Positions 50,454 through 62,460 are shown, counted from the first letter of the stretch. The stretch: DNA of 64,000 nucleotides from Lama guanicoe (GCA_013239625.1 MU054391.1:5229824-5293823), one strand, 5' to 3'. Notes: a model not told the origin generated them from the sequence alone. Numbers and translations: made by a program.

Positions 50454-51145
50454 CAGGGATCAGCAAACTCTGACCATGCGCCAAATCCAGCCTTTCGCCT
50501 GTTTTTGTATGGTCCACGAGTAAGAATGGTTTTTACATTCTATAATTGCTGAAAAAAATCAAAAGAAGAACATTTCATGATGCATGAAAACGATCAATTC
50601 AGCTTCCATTAAGTGAAATTTCATCCTAATGCAAATTGCCCCTTTATTTTGCATGCTGTTGGGGGCTGCTTTCATGGTCCAAGGGCAGAGCTGAGAAGTC
50701 CCAAGAGAAACTGAACTGTTTCTGTTCCCAAATTCATGTGTTGAAGTCCTAACCCCTAGTACTTCAGAATGCAGCTGTATTTGCAGAGAGGTTCTTCAAA
50801 GATGTGATGAAGAGTCCTGTGGGTGGGTTCTCATCCAAGCTGACTGGTGTTTTTATCAGAGATCAGGGCACAGACACACACAAAGGGGTGACCACGTGAG
50901 GACACAGGAGGAAGGCGACATCTACAAGCCAAGGAGAGAGGCCTCCAGAGAACCACCCTGCCCACACTTTGATCTCAGACTTCTAGCTTCCAGAACTGTG
51001 AGAGAACACACTGCTGCTATTTAAGGCCTCAAGTCTGTGGAATTTTGCTTTGGCAGCGCTAGCAAACCAACATAGAGCCTATGCCACCAGCAAAGCTGAA
51101 AATACTATGTGGTGCTTTACAGGAAAAGCCCACCAACTCGGCTCC
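50454..51145 (+). mobile_element. MER58B-like hAT-Charlie element split by an MLT1 LTR
   Basis: cagggatcagcaaact...gcctgtttttgtatggtcc...; resumes caaagctgaaaatactatgtggtgctttacaggaaaag after ~51073. Confidence 0.75.
50711..51073 (+). mobile_element. MaLR solo LTR (MLT1A/B-like)
   Basis: ccaaattcatgtgttgaagtcctaacccctagtacttcagaatg...gcagcgctagcaaaccaaca. Confidence 0.88.
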
Positions 51146-51184
51146 AGAGCCAGGCGGGGTCACGCGGTGGGGCCCCCCACCTCC

Positions 51185-51340
51185 CGCTCCTCTGATGACT
51201 AGCTGTGCAGGCTTCGAAAATCCCTAGCTTGTCTGTGACCCAGTTTTCTCACCTATAAAATAAAGACGCCATTAGCACCGACTTCGAGAGGCTGTTGCAG
51301 AGATTAGGGAGTTCATGAAGGAGCGTTCATGAGAGCGGCC
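51185..51340 (+). mobile_element. MIR SINE
   Basis: ctagctgtg...cagttttctcacctataaaat...ggctgttgcagagatta. Confidence 0.7.
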
Positions 51341-51873
51341 CTGGGTGTGCAGCTGGCACTGTCTCCGTGGAACCCCACGTACAAGGACCAGGGACATTCA
51401 CGCAGGATCTGACACAGTGACCCGACACCAGGGCATCCCTACCCACAGCTCGGGCCACAACAGCCATCAGGGGCTGGTCCGCGGATTCCCCACGGCCGAT
51501 TCTGTTCTGCCATGACCCCATGTTCCTAAAAATCGCCGCGTCCTGCACGTAGGGTGATAAAAACCACAGGGCTTATGGGGGAAATGTTGGGGGCTTCATC
51601 AGTGATACATTAAAAAAAGAAGACAGGGACTCCCCCAAAAAACGGTAGCACAGTTTTCACCCATGTAAAACGGTTAAGTAATACATCAGTGCTACAATAA
51701 ATATGGCACTTTGCCTAAAAAGTGGGCCTGAGGTTTGCCTGAGGACGTGGGTGTGAGCGTGAAGGGCAGGAAAGAGGGAGATGGGGACGGAAGGGGACCG
51801 GAGGAGGTGACGCCAGCTGCAGTGGGCGTGGCTAGGAACACACGGCTCGAATTGAGGTCGGGAGGTGTCAGAG

Positions 51874-51972
51874 GTGTGCGTGCGTGTGCGTGTGCATGAG
51901 TGCGTACCCGTGCGTGCATGCATTGCTCGTGTACGCGTACATGCGTATTTGTGCGTGCACGCGCACGTATGC
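51874..51972. repeat. Alternating purine-pyrimidine (TG/CG/CA) low-complexity tract
   Basis: gtgtgcgtgcgtgtgcgtgtgcatg...gtgcgtgcacgcgcacgtatgca. Confidence 0.9.
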
Positions 51973-52346
51973 ATTCGGAGGCTCGGAGCAGCAGGGCGCA
52001 GTGTTCTGCCGCCACCCAGTGCCCCTCAAGACAAAAATCATGCGGAAGCACACGTGACATCTGAAATTCGTGTCAGCCTCCCCTAGGCCCCGGCCTGATC
52101 TGTCAATCATGTAAGGACAAATTCACATTTCAAAACGAGCTGAACGGTATAGCTGAACGGAATTTTATACATCCCTTGAGGACCCCCAGACTTGGGGAAG
52201 GGGAACTTCCCAGGAGGTGGTGTCAGCAGACAGGACTTGGGGCTCCCTCCCTGAGGTGGACGTTAGTGGCCGGTGGCTGACCTCACCTCGGCACCGGGTG
52301 GGGCCTCGGTGGGGCCCACGGCGGCAGCCCCAGCCAGCCAGCCCCA

Positions 52347-52361
52347 GCACCAGGTGGCAGC
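52347..52361 (+). promoter_or_regulatory. Candidate CTCF motif
   Basis: GCACCAGGTGGCAGC compared with consensus CCASYAGRKGGCRSY. Confidence 0.45.
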
Positions 52362-53059
52362 GCTCTCCGCGACTGTGTACTCAGCTCCCGAGCATCATGA
52401 CTCACAGCTGGCGCTCAGTCTGCTGTTTGCTAAGCCCTTCCACCCACATCACACCTCCGACAGCCTCCCGGAGCAAAGGGCAGGCGTTCCTAATCCCCTT
52501 TTGACCGAGATGGGGGATGCGGCTCAGGGAAATTGACACAGAGCCCACGAATGGAGGGGAGCACTTCCTTACTGCCAAGCACTGGGGAAACGCCCGGATG
52601 CCCGGCACAGGCCCAGTGTCCGGGACAAAGGCTGCTGTGGGCACCCGGCTAGGAGAGGGAAGGTGCGGACGCCCAGGAGATGGGAAAGGCACCTGCCTCA
52701 GGTGAGCCCACCTCCACTTATGACACCAGAAAGGACAAGCCTCCCTCAGCCCTGCACCTTTACACGTTGCACCCAACAAGGTTGAGGAATGTTCTAGCAC
52801 AGCCAGGACCTGTTGGCTTCTTCTTGGCAGGATTTCAGCATTTAGTTTCAATCACGAGTCAGAAGCACCATAAAGAAGACAGCGAGCAGTTTGTAAGAGG
52901 TTTTAGGAACTTGACATTGGTTCTGTGGCTGGCAGTCGCTTATATTATTGAAATATGCCGACTCCCCAACTCCCACCTCAGTCCCCCACCCCTGCCCTCA
53001 ACTCTCAGGCGGTAAACTGGTTCCGCTGGATGGTCAGGGCCTGCGTCTGAACAGAGAGG

Positions 53060-53695
53060 CGTGTAGTCACGTAAACACTGAACAGACTTGCCAGCTGCTC
53101 CCCTTTACTCAGCAGATGCCCTGTCCTAATAACAGGGCCAGCCTAAAGGAAACCAGCCTAAAATTAGTTCCTCCATGTCTGTTTCTCCTTCTGTGCCATG
53201 AAGGCTACATGGGATCAGTCGGTCAGCGGACTACCCCCCAGCCTTTGGGGAGTAAGCCCACCCTTATGAAATATGCTTTAGAGACCTGAGCGTTTAACAC
53301 TTACCTGAGCCAGTGGACATTTACACTTTGCAGTTTGTACCTGCCCCCAAGTGTCACACACGCATTCATACACACACACTCGCTCTCTCTCTAGCAAAGA
53401 ACTTGGAAGAAATGCCTGCTCTGTCCCCAAAAGGCTTGGATACCTTTATAACCAGATTCCAACATCACCTGCTTGGGGTATAAAATGTGGTCACGTGACT
53501 TGCTTTTCAGATAAGCTCCTCTCTCTCAAAGACATCTCAGGGTCCTCCTCCACGAATAACCCCCACCCCATGGACGCTTTTTCGGAGGTCATCCTGGCTG
53601 TTGCTGTGACCACTGCCACAAGGTGTCGCTGTTGAGAAAAGTGGTCCTGCCAGCCTGGCCGAGTCTTCCTAGTTCTCGACAGCGTGAGCTACCAA
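53060..53695 (+). mobile_element. Probable ERV(L)-type LTR
   Basis: Starts near tgtagtcacg; TATAAAA at 53479; ends ...gagctacca followed by PBS-like aatggtgc. Confidence 0.4.
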
Positions 53696-54247
53696 ATGGT
53701 GCTTCTGCGGGGTGCGGACCCCTCCTGTTTCTCCCTGGGCTTTCCTGCTCCTCTCGGTCTGGGATCTGGACCCCTAACCCAAAACCGCTTGGTCACGAGG
53801 TGCTGATCACTGACCACTGTCCCTTGGGGTTGCCCAGTCTCAACAGGTGCTATGTCAGAACCACCCCCCACCTCCCAGTGGGGCCAGGGACTGCAGCAAG
53901 ACTTCTGTCACCTACACCCCCAGTTTCCTGTGCAGGGATAAATGATGTTTCAGGAAATCCACTGGTATTCTATGTGAAGCTGTGAGGACGTATAAATGAC
54001 AGCTTGTGTGGCCGAAGGCATGTTTATAGTCAACCTTTGTAATTGCTGAGAATCCTGACCCCCAGTGGACCTCGTCCAATACCTGTTAGAGGTGTGCTGA
54101 GAGCTTGTCCACCATGCAATCAAAAAACAATACGGGAGGAGAAGGTGGCTCTGGACTCAGCCTGCTTGACCTGCAGAGAAGCTGCCACCTCTCCAGGGCC
54201 TCAGCAGTCAGAAGTCAGCCACAAACTGGCAGCACCTTTGCACTGAT

Positions 54248-54530
54248 GCACACGGATATAGGAGCACACATGCATACCAGTGTGTGCATGTACATACACA
54301 TCCATGTACACATGTATGCATGTATGTATATGTATGTATAATATTGGTGTATCTATCTGTGTGTATGTGTGTGTACTGGTATCCATGTATGTGTATGTAT
54401 ATATAATACTGGTGTATCTATCGATACACCAGTATTTATGTGTGTATGTATATACATTTACCAGTATGTATTATGTGTGTGTGTGTATTTGCTGGTGTGT
54501 ATTTATGTATGTGTTTATTGATACACACAC
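54248..54530. repeat. (TG/TA/CA)n low-complexity tract
   Basis: Directly visible; explains the spurious V/C/Y/M-rich ORFs. Confidence 0.9.
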
Positions 54531-54649
54531 AAAGGGCTCACAGGTGGACCATACAGCCTCTAGTTCCCATGCCCTACCCCTCCCTTCTGCCCTACATTCC
54601 AGCCCTTCTCAGAACTTTGCTGGTAAAGGTGCAGGACTCTGACTCAGCA

Positions 54650-54663
54650 GCGCCACCTTCTGG
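54650..54663 (-). promoter_or_regulatory. Candidate CTCF motif
   Basis: Reverse complement CCAGAAGGTGGCGC. Confidence 0.5.
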
Positions 54664-54929
54664 TTGCCCTGATATTTCTGGCAGAACCTGACTGGCTACC
54701 GGCCCTCCAAGGGAGGGAAACCTGAGGGGAGACCCCAAGGGGACAGGATGCTCTGAGGAGAGACCCCAGAATCAGAGGGTTCTCAGATGACCCCAGAAGC
54801 CCGTTTAACTGTAGAGTCACTCTCCTGCTCTACGTCTCATGTTCCACCTGTAAAATAAAGACATTAGACTGAATCAGTTCAAAAAGCATGAACATTCCAT
54901 TGTTCTCTGAAAGCTCAAAAGCTATCTAG

Positions 54930-56030
54930 CTAAGTAAGAGACTGGTCACACAAAAGGAGGCTGATATGTAATTAAACATGTGATCTAAATATATAAATGT
55001 ATAACTAGATATACACTATAAGTGTAAATGTATATGTACACACACACATATACACACATATTTCATTGAAAAGGTCTGGAAGCAATGAGCACACCTGGCA
55101 CCCAGATATTGACTTTAAATTCTGTTCTCCGCTAGGTAGTCTGGGGCTCCCTGGAGAACTGGCTGGTTCCAGGGCGGGGGTGGAGGAGTACAGAACGAGC
55201 TCAGGATACCCCATTGCACCAGAAAACAGCACACGCTCAGAGAATGAGGGGACACATCGAAAGGACACAGAAGCCAGCTTCGGGGGCTCCTCATTAGCCA
55301 AATCTGAGACACCCTGTGCATCCGGTAAATTACCACAGCAATGGCTTCTAACCCACTGAGTAAATGGCAGAGGGATGAATAAACTGAAAATCCGGTGAGG
55401 CGTGGGATAGTCCCATATTTTCAACCTATCACCCCACGAAACATTTATTAACTACAAAGGTAACTTCACAGGGCAGAAGCCTGGCAGTCACCACTGCAAC
55501 CAAATGATACCGTGAATGTCAGCATGATTGGGACTAATTGAAATCATGTTCCACGTAAGGCGCGCTGCTGAGGTATTCCTGCCAAAGATGTTTAGCCTGA
55601 AGCTAACCACAAGGGAACAGTAGTCACACGCAGTCAGAGGGACAGTCTACAGAACCACTGGCCCTTCGTTGCTCAAGTGTCAAAGTCGTGAAAGTCAGGT
55701 GAAGACTGAGGAACCGCTCCAGACTGTCAGAGACCAAGGAGACCCACAACCAAAGCCAGTGCAGATCAGAACCGGGTCCGTTTACTACAGCGGAATCACA
55801 GGGACAGTTGATGAAACTTGAATGACATTGACTCATCCTGTTCACTTCCCTGTTGGGAGTGACGGCCGTGTTATGACCAAAGAGGAGAAAGTTCTTATTT
55901 GCAGGAAATACACTGAAGTATTTGGGGACGATGGAGCATCATGTCAGCTTACCTTCAAACGGTTCCGGAAAAAAATACATAATTTGTGCTGAAGCTTTTC
56001 TGTGTTTGAGATTGTTTTGCATTAAAAAAA
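54930..56030 (+). mobile_element. L1MC/L1MD-like 3'UTR
   Basis: gggctccctggagaactggctggttccagggc...aggaaatacactgaagtatttgggg...agcatcatgtcagcttac. Confidence 0.8.
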
Positions 56031-56309
56031 AATCCCACGTGCACCCACAGAACTACCTCTGAAATTCTCTGAAAATTCCTAAGAAGGGAAAGCAGGGCTT
56101 TCTTCTTTCCAATAAGGAACTCTAACCAGGAAATCCCCTCTGACTGCGTGTACCCAGCACAGGAGTCTGGCCCGCAGAATGGGCTTCCCTGGCGCCTTTC
56201 CCTCAAATCCTGACAGCACAGATGTCAGGGAAACCGGGCGCCCACACAGGCAGCCCGGGCCCGAAAAGCATTGGCACTGGGTAATACCTGCTTTTACCGA
56301 GCACTCGCT

Positions 56310-56490
56310 GTGTGTATGGTACTTGGAGTCAAACAGACAGGGGATTGAATCTTGGCTCACATTAACTGTGTGATTGTGGACAAGCCCCTTAACCTCTCTG
56401 AGCCTCAGCTTTCTGCTGTGTATAACGTTTACCTTGCCAGGCTGTGGTGCAGATTAGAGAAAATTATGCAGAATGCTTGGCACAGTGATG
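56310..56490 (+). mobile_element. MIR SINE
   Basis: ggagtcaaacagac...ccttaacctctctgagcctcagctttc...gcttggcacagtg. Confidence 0.8.
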
Positions 56491-57367
56491 GCTTTAGGAC
56501 TTTGGACCTTTGGCAGGCTTCCTGAGAATCCCCTGGGAATCTTTTTATGAAACACAGATTTTCACAGCCCATCCCTCGAGATTCTGCTGGAGCTCACCTG
56601 CCCAGGTCGTTCCACCTGCTTGACCCCTCCCACCTGTGCTTAGGCCAGACCCAACTACACGCCATCTCCCGAATGCACCCCAGTACTTCTTACTACCGGG
56701 CCTTTGCACACACCGTTCACCCACACAGAATGCCGCTCCCCTTTGTTTGGAAAACGCCTGCTCATCTTTCAAAACCCAGCTGAAATGAATCCTCACAGGT
56801 GAAGCCTTTCCTGACCCCCACTTCCCAGCACTCCCGTCTTTGTCTGACCAGCTGTTATTACATCAATAAGTAAAATTACCTTCCTTTTAGTGAATCTCAA
56901 TTATGTACTTTACCTTTCACATTAGGTGTGTCTGTTCCAAACAACCACACCAGGGACTAATTATTAGCCTTGTTTTCCTGTTTACATGTGAAAAAGCTGA
57001 GCCTCAAAGAGCTTAAGCAGCTTGCTCCAGGTCCCACACTGGCCAGAGGCAGAGCCAGAACTGCACCCCCCGGGACTCCGGCTCTGTCACCGCTCTCTTG
57101 GCTCCTGACTTCCACGGGGTGTGAGCCCTGGGATGTCAGGGGCCGTGTCCCCGGTCCTCATCAACCAGCTTAACTCCCGCTACACAAACAGTAGAGATCC
57201 ATAAACGTTGGTCCCTATCGCCCAAGTCCACACTCCATCACACCAGGCTTTCTCCAGGACAGGTGAGGCAGAGCCCTTAGAGCCTGAGGCTGGGTGAATC
57301 GACCTGTGGAAGGAGATGATGGAGGAACAAGCTGTGAGCCTTTCTCAGGGCGCAGCACTCGTGTCCA

Positions 57368-57382
57368 CCAGCAGATGGCGCC
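57368..57382 (+). promoter_or_regulatory. Strong candidate CTCF motif
   Basis: CCAGCAGATGGCGCC matches the core consensus; upstream cgcagcact resembles the TGCAG upstream module. Confidence 0.6.
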
Positions 57383-58784
57383 GCTGCACCATTCAGGCAG
57401 CAGGAAGGCGCCCTTGGGGGTTTCCATTGGGCGTGTCAGAGGCTGGGATCCGCAGAATTCGCAAAATTCAGGCTTCATGGAAGACAGAATTAATGTGCAG
57501 ATGACGGAATAAAAATAGAGCATGGAATTAATACGAAGGCACTTTTCTCTTCCTTGGGGAAAAAATGTTCTCCCTACTTAAGTAGGAGTGGACTTGCTAA
57601 AAGCTTTCAAGAGACTCCACATGGCTGTGCTGTTGTTGGAAAACGGTGCCAAACGCAGAGCCTTTAACAACAAACAGCTGGGCTGCCCACGAGTGTGCCC
57701 CGTGCAGCAGGCCCTGTGCAAGGCTGAATGAGACCCCAGTGTCTAGCCTGGCGGCAGTGACACCAGGACCCCCTCAGCCTTGGTGACAGTATTGTGTTGT
57801 TGACATTATTCAAATACATTTACATTTTCCAAGCCCAGATTTGGTACACACGGCCCAACAAAGCATTCCAGATGCAAACTGCTTTCTGCGGAGTGTAGCA
57901 GAGGGACCATTATGTTGGCATTTGGGGCTAAGGACTTGGGGACCTCTGAGCAGGTCTGGAAAGCCCAGGGCCAAGGGCTGAGACAGGGGTGGGGTGGGCT
58001 GCAGGCGACATGGTGCCCTTGAGGGGAGCCCGGGGTCTCTCTCTCACAAAACCTTCTCTTTCAGAAAGGCTCTCCCAGGGCCAGAGCAAAGCCCTCTGCC
58101 TCCATCTGGCATTACGCTTCCAAGCCTCCTCCTTCCCTCCCTCTCCCTCCCTGGACTCTCATCTGAGTCCATGGCCTTAAGTACCTATCAAAGATGCCAC
58201 CAAGACACCATTACTGAACCCAGAGGCATTAAATAAGTAAACAAACACACAATGATGTCGTGGTGGTTCCCCACAGATACACGCATCATTAAATTGCATA
58301 GCACTGGACACACACGCCCTATTAAACTGGTGAAATCTGAGTAGGCTCCGTGGTGTGTACCAGTGTCAGCTTCCTGCCTTTCATACTGTTCTTATGCAAG
58401 ATATTCCCACTGAGTGAAGCTGGGAACTTCATTGTGCCTTTTTTTTTTTTACAACTTCCTGTGAATCTGTAATTATTTGAAATTTTAAGAGTTAAAAAAA
58501 AGTGTCCAGCCCACACTTCTGTCCTGTGCATCCAATCACCTTTCCCCAATGCAGATTCCTCCAGCGTCCCCAAACCAGCATGGCCAAGGGACCCCAGCCC
58601 CCTCCCCCACCTCACGCCCCCCACCCACCTGCTCCCCTTGGTTCCTAGTCTCTCTGGGAACTCTAGGCCGACGTCCAGTCTCCCTGCCCCGGGCCTGTCT
58701 TCGGCCTGCAGCCCCGGGGAGCCTCTTGAAACACTAAAGCCATCCTACCATTTCGGCTTCCTGGTACAGTACCTGGTAAGGTAC

Positions 58785-59414
58785 TGCGTTAAGGTCTGGT
58801 AATACGGCAGACGCAGAGAGAGTTCACTTCGGTGGTGACAAAACTCTTCCTGACCTCACTCAGCCAGGCTCCCTGAACCCTTCTAAGCCTCGTCCTTGGT
58901 GTCTGTCCTTGTGGGGCCTGTATGGCCCAGTTGTAGCAAGAATCCTGTTAAGTCAGCTCAGAAAGAGCCCCCACCCTCTATTCACCCTCAGGATCTGATC
59001 AAATTCTCCCCCAGGGGAAGTCTGACACCCCCCTCCTGCCTCCAGCAAGAATCCTGCCAGGCCAGTTTAGCCAGAACCCCCTCCACTCCCGATGCTTCCC
59101 TTAGGAAACTTCCACCCACTGACCCCCACCCACCTCGCCCCTCAGCTATAAACGTCCACGTGCCCTTGCCGCACTCAGAACTGAGCCCAGTTCCGTCCTG
59201 AGGTCTCTCTCCCCCATTGCAGTAGTTCCTGATTAAAATCTGCTTTTGCGTGCTTAGCAGGCACGAGGTCCTGGGTTCAATCCCCAGTACCTCCATTAAC
59301 ATACATACATACATACATACATACATACAAACAAACCTAGCCCCCCGCCCCTCCAAAAATTTTAAATCTGCTTTTACTGTGTTAGCTCCTGTCCAGCTCT
59401 GGTTCTCTTTGACA
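58785..59414 (+). mobile_element. ERV1-class solo LTR (MER34/MER39-like) containing a SINE insertion
   Basis: TG...CA termini; flanks gtac/gtag; repeated agcaagaatcctg; tataaa near 59147; attaaa polyA-like signal; homologous to 6917-7810. Confidence 0.8.
59248..59363 (+). mobile_element. 5'-truncated Vic-1-type SINE
   Basis: gtgcttagcaggcacgaggtcctgggttcaatccccagtacctccatt plus (CATA)n; TSD aaatctgctttt at 59236-59247 and 59364-59375. Confidence 0.9.
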
Positions 59415-59639
59415 GTAGCTGGAGTAAAATCCACTTCTTCCATTGAAACTTTATATCACTAAGGCCTCAGGAGCAAAGGGCAGGTGACAAAGGGCTAGTG
59501 ACAGCTGAGATGTTTGATTTAAGGTGACAGACACGCTGTGCTAGGCCGGATCTAATCAGTCAACCCCAGTGGCAGAACCTGAACCTCCGGTTTCCAGAGC
59601 CGGATGGAGCTTCAGAAAGGACTTCAACCCCCTGGCTGC

Positions 59640-60360
59640 GCCGCCTGCTGGATGTGAGGTCTTGAGCAAGTTGCTGCCTCCCTTGGAGCTTGTTTTCTGT
59701 GAAATGGGGACAACAGTGCCTGGAAATCACGAGACACTGTCTGCTTCGTTTAACGCTCAGTGCGTTTTCTGTCCTGCACTTGTCCCAGTCCTGAACCGCC
59801 CCCCCCAGGTGGGGCGCTTCCTGCCTCCTCCGTGACTGGCTGTCCCCAGCAACAGTTTGCCCCCCCTTGGCTCTGTTTTCTGCAACCTGGAACTTAACTT
59901 GTCCCTTACATTCCTCAGTGGCCAGGTAATGGGATGGGGGTGTTTGGACTTTGGAGATAGGTAGTTTGAATCCCAGCTGCACCACCCGGGACCCATATGG
60001 CCTCTGAGAAGTCATTTAAGCTCCCCAAGCCTTTATGTCTTCCTCCGTAAAATTGGTCTAACCATACTTGCCCATGAAATTTTGGGTGAGAAAGTGAGGG
60101 AAGCCACCTGGATGGGGAAGAGGAAATGTTTTAGTTTAGGGTGTGTATTCCAAGATTCCAGGGTGCGAATCCTGGCTCTGCCACCGTGTGACCTTGGACA
60201 GGTTATAAAGCCTCTTGTGCCTTGGCTTTCCCACCTGTAAAATGGGGGAAATTGTAGCACTTACTCTGTTACGTACCAATTATGAACAGAATTCATCTTT
60301 GCAAGGCATTTAGCACAGTGCCAAGCATGCAGTGGGTACTTCATGTAAACATTTTGATAA
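59640..60360 (+). mobile_element. Cluster of MIR SINE fragments
   Basis: Repeated MIR cores, e.g. gaatcctggctctgccaccgtgtgaccttggacagg...cacctgtaaaatgggg. Confidence 0.75.
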
Positions 60361-60429
60361 TAACACAAGCAATTGTCATGGTCATTTCAGGAAGGGTCTG
60401 GTAAGTTTCATTCTCATCCCACACCATGA

Positions 60430-60850
60430 CCACGCCGCTCACGTCTGTGCGACGACCACTCAAACCAGCCTGCACAGGAAGGAAGCTTGGCCTCACAGCC
60501 GGGGGCAGGATGGACCCAAGGATGCACTTGGCCCAGGGGCTCAGGCTCCCTTCTCATGGGTCCCCTCCCCTCCCCTCTTTCATGAGTGGTCTTGACATGT
60601 GGGCTGGTAGCAAAATGGTGACAAGGTGGCAGTTTCAGGCTTCACATCCACAGACAACTGTAATCAAAGAAAGAAAGAAAGAATCTTTTACCTCTGACCT
60701 AGGATTTCAAGCAAGAGACCGGAGGTTCACCTTGACTGGACCTCTGGGGTCTATGCCCAATCCCAAACCAGTGACCATGGCCTGGGAATGGACTGCTGCA
60801 AGGCTTCGGCAACCAGGGCCCACCCTGGAGCTGGGGGCAGGGCAGGCTCT
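60430..60850 (-). mobile_element. Old MaLR LTR (MLT1J/K/L-like)
   Basis: atgcccaatcccaaaccagtgaccatggcctgggaatgg resembles an antisense MLT1K. Confidence 0.5.
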
Positions 60851-60959
60851 CCTAGGCTCACAGACACCTGAGTTGGGACTGGGAGGGAGCGGGGATCAAA
60901 CACTGAGTGGACTCCAGTCCTCTTCCCAGTCTGTGTCTGCAACCTGACCTTCCTACTGG

Positions 60960-61550
60960 TCTCCAGAAGCTGGCGTCTCCTTCAGGCGCACACAAATATT
61001 CACGTTCAGCAAGTCTAGAAATGGACCCTTGCCCTCAAAACCCACTCCCCCTCCTGAATTTCCTGTCCAGTTGATGGCAACAACCATCTCGTTCCCAAAC
61101 CTTGGAGTCATCCCTCCGCCCCATCTCCCAAGTCTGGTCAAGTCTGTGCCCCCAACAGCATTCATATCTGGCCCCGTCTCTCTTCCGGTTGCCACCGGCC
61201 TGACCCAAATCACTGGCCTGCCTCTGCACTTAGACCCGAAAACTACTCTATGGACTAAATAGTTGCTACCTGGTTCTCTGCGAAGAAAGTCTGCCAACCC
61301 CTGCAATCATGGCAGTGGTGTGCCAGCTGGTCTCCCAGGTCCGGTCCGTCCTCCACATCTCTGCAGCACATTCATCTAATCACATCTTTCAGCTTCTTAA
61401 GATATTCCAGTGGCTCCTCAAGACCTACATTCCTTAGCTTATCACCCACATCCTTCATGATCTGACCCCAGCCTGCTACACCCTTACACCTCTCGCGCGC
61501 GCACACACACACCACCAGTGGTTCCCCAAACACATCCTGCTTTTAAATTT
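60960..61550 (+). mobile_element. L2 LINE fragment
   Basis: cctcctgaatttcctgtccagttgatggcaacaaccatc...aaaccttggagtcatcc...ttccagtggctcc. Confidence 0.7.
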
Positions 61551-61649
61551 CCTCTTTACGCTTCAGGCACAAGAGGTTGAGTTAATCACTTTCTTCAGTA
61601 TCATCATTGTTCCATGCAAGATGCTTCTTTGTAATTCTCTGTTTATTCT

Positions 61650-62460
61650 CTTTCATGGCCGTAGACCACTCCCATTTCCCTTCTCCCTAGAGGCAATCAT
61701 TTAAATATGTGTCATGTGTATCACTGCGTCTTACAAAATATATATGGCTGCTGTTGGGGTGGGTTTTAATGCCTGTAAGTAGACTTATTATGTTCTGTTT
61801 CCTTCCATTTTCTTTGCCTTATGTTCTTCTCATCTAATTTAATTGCTGCATAGTTCCCCATGGTCTGGATAAAAACGGTATTACAGGTCCATTCTCCTAG
61901 GTTGCTTTCACGTTGCCACCAGCACAAATCAAGCTGCAGGGAACGTCTTTTGCATTTGTCCCTTACTGATCTAGGTAGGAATTTCTTTCTTTTTCTTTTA
62001 TGCTTTTTTTTTTGGCAGGGGGTATGTAGGTTTGTTTCTTTTTAGTGGAGGTACTGGGGATTGAAACCAGGACCTTGTGCTTACTAAGCACGTGCTCTAC
62101 CACCGAGCTAGACCCTCCTCACTAGGTGGGAATTTCTTTGAGGTCTATGCCCAGGAGTAGAGCAACTGGTTACGGGATAAGCAGAGATCTGATTGGACAG
62201 CTGCCCTCCAGGAGGGCGGGTGACATGCGGGGTTCATCCCTTACCTTCCCCAACACTTGGCTGTATGAAGATTTCTATTTCCTTTCAATCGAATCACTTC
62301 TCAATGATCTCTCGTTATTGTTTTAATGTGTATTTCCCTGCACATTTATCTTTATCTTCTTGTGGGATTTGGGGCGAATCACTTGTAAATTGCCTGTCCG
62401 TGCCCTCTGCTGGTTTCTCTGTCGTGGCTGCAGAGTTGCAGGAGTTCCTCTGTATCTCCT
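61650..62460 (-). mobile_element. Ancient L1ME fragment hosting a SINE
   Basis: ccctagaggcaatcattt...cccaggagtagagcaactgg...gttttaatgtgtatttccctg. Confidence 0.7.
61989..62121 (-). mobile_element. Vic-1-type SINE with 18-bp TSD
   Basis: Reverse complement GAGGGTCTAGCTCGGTGGTAGAGCACGTGCTTAG...GGTTTCAATCCCCAGTACCTCC; TSD ctaggt(a/g)ggaatttcttt at 61971-61988 and 62122-62139. Confidence 0.92.

Noticed and set aside
54248..54530. CRISPR-like or structured repeat array
   Set aside because: It is a degenerate TG/TA microsatellite with no constant repeat-spacer organisation, in eukaryotic DNA.
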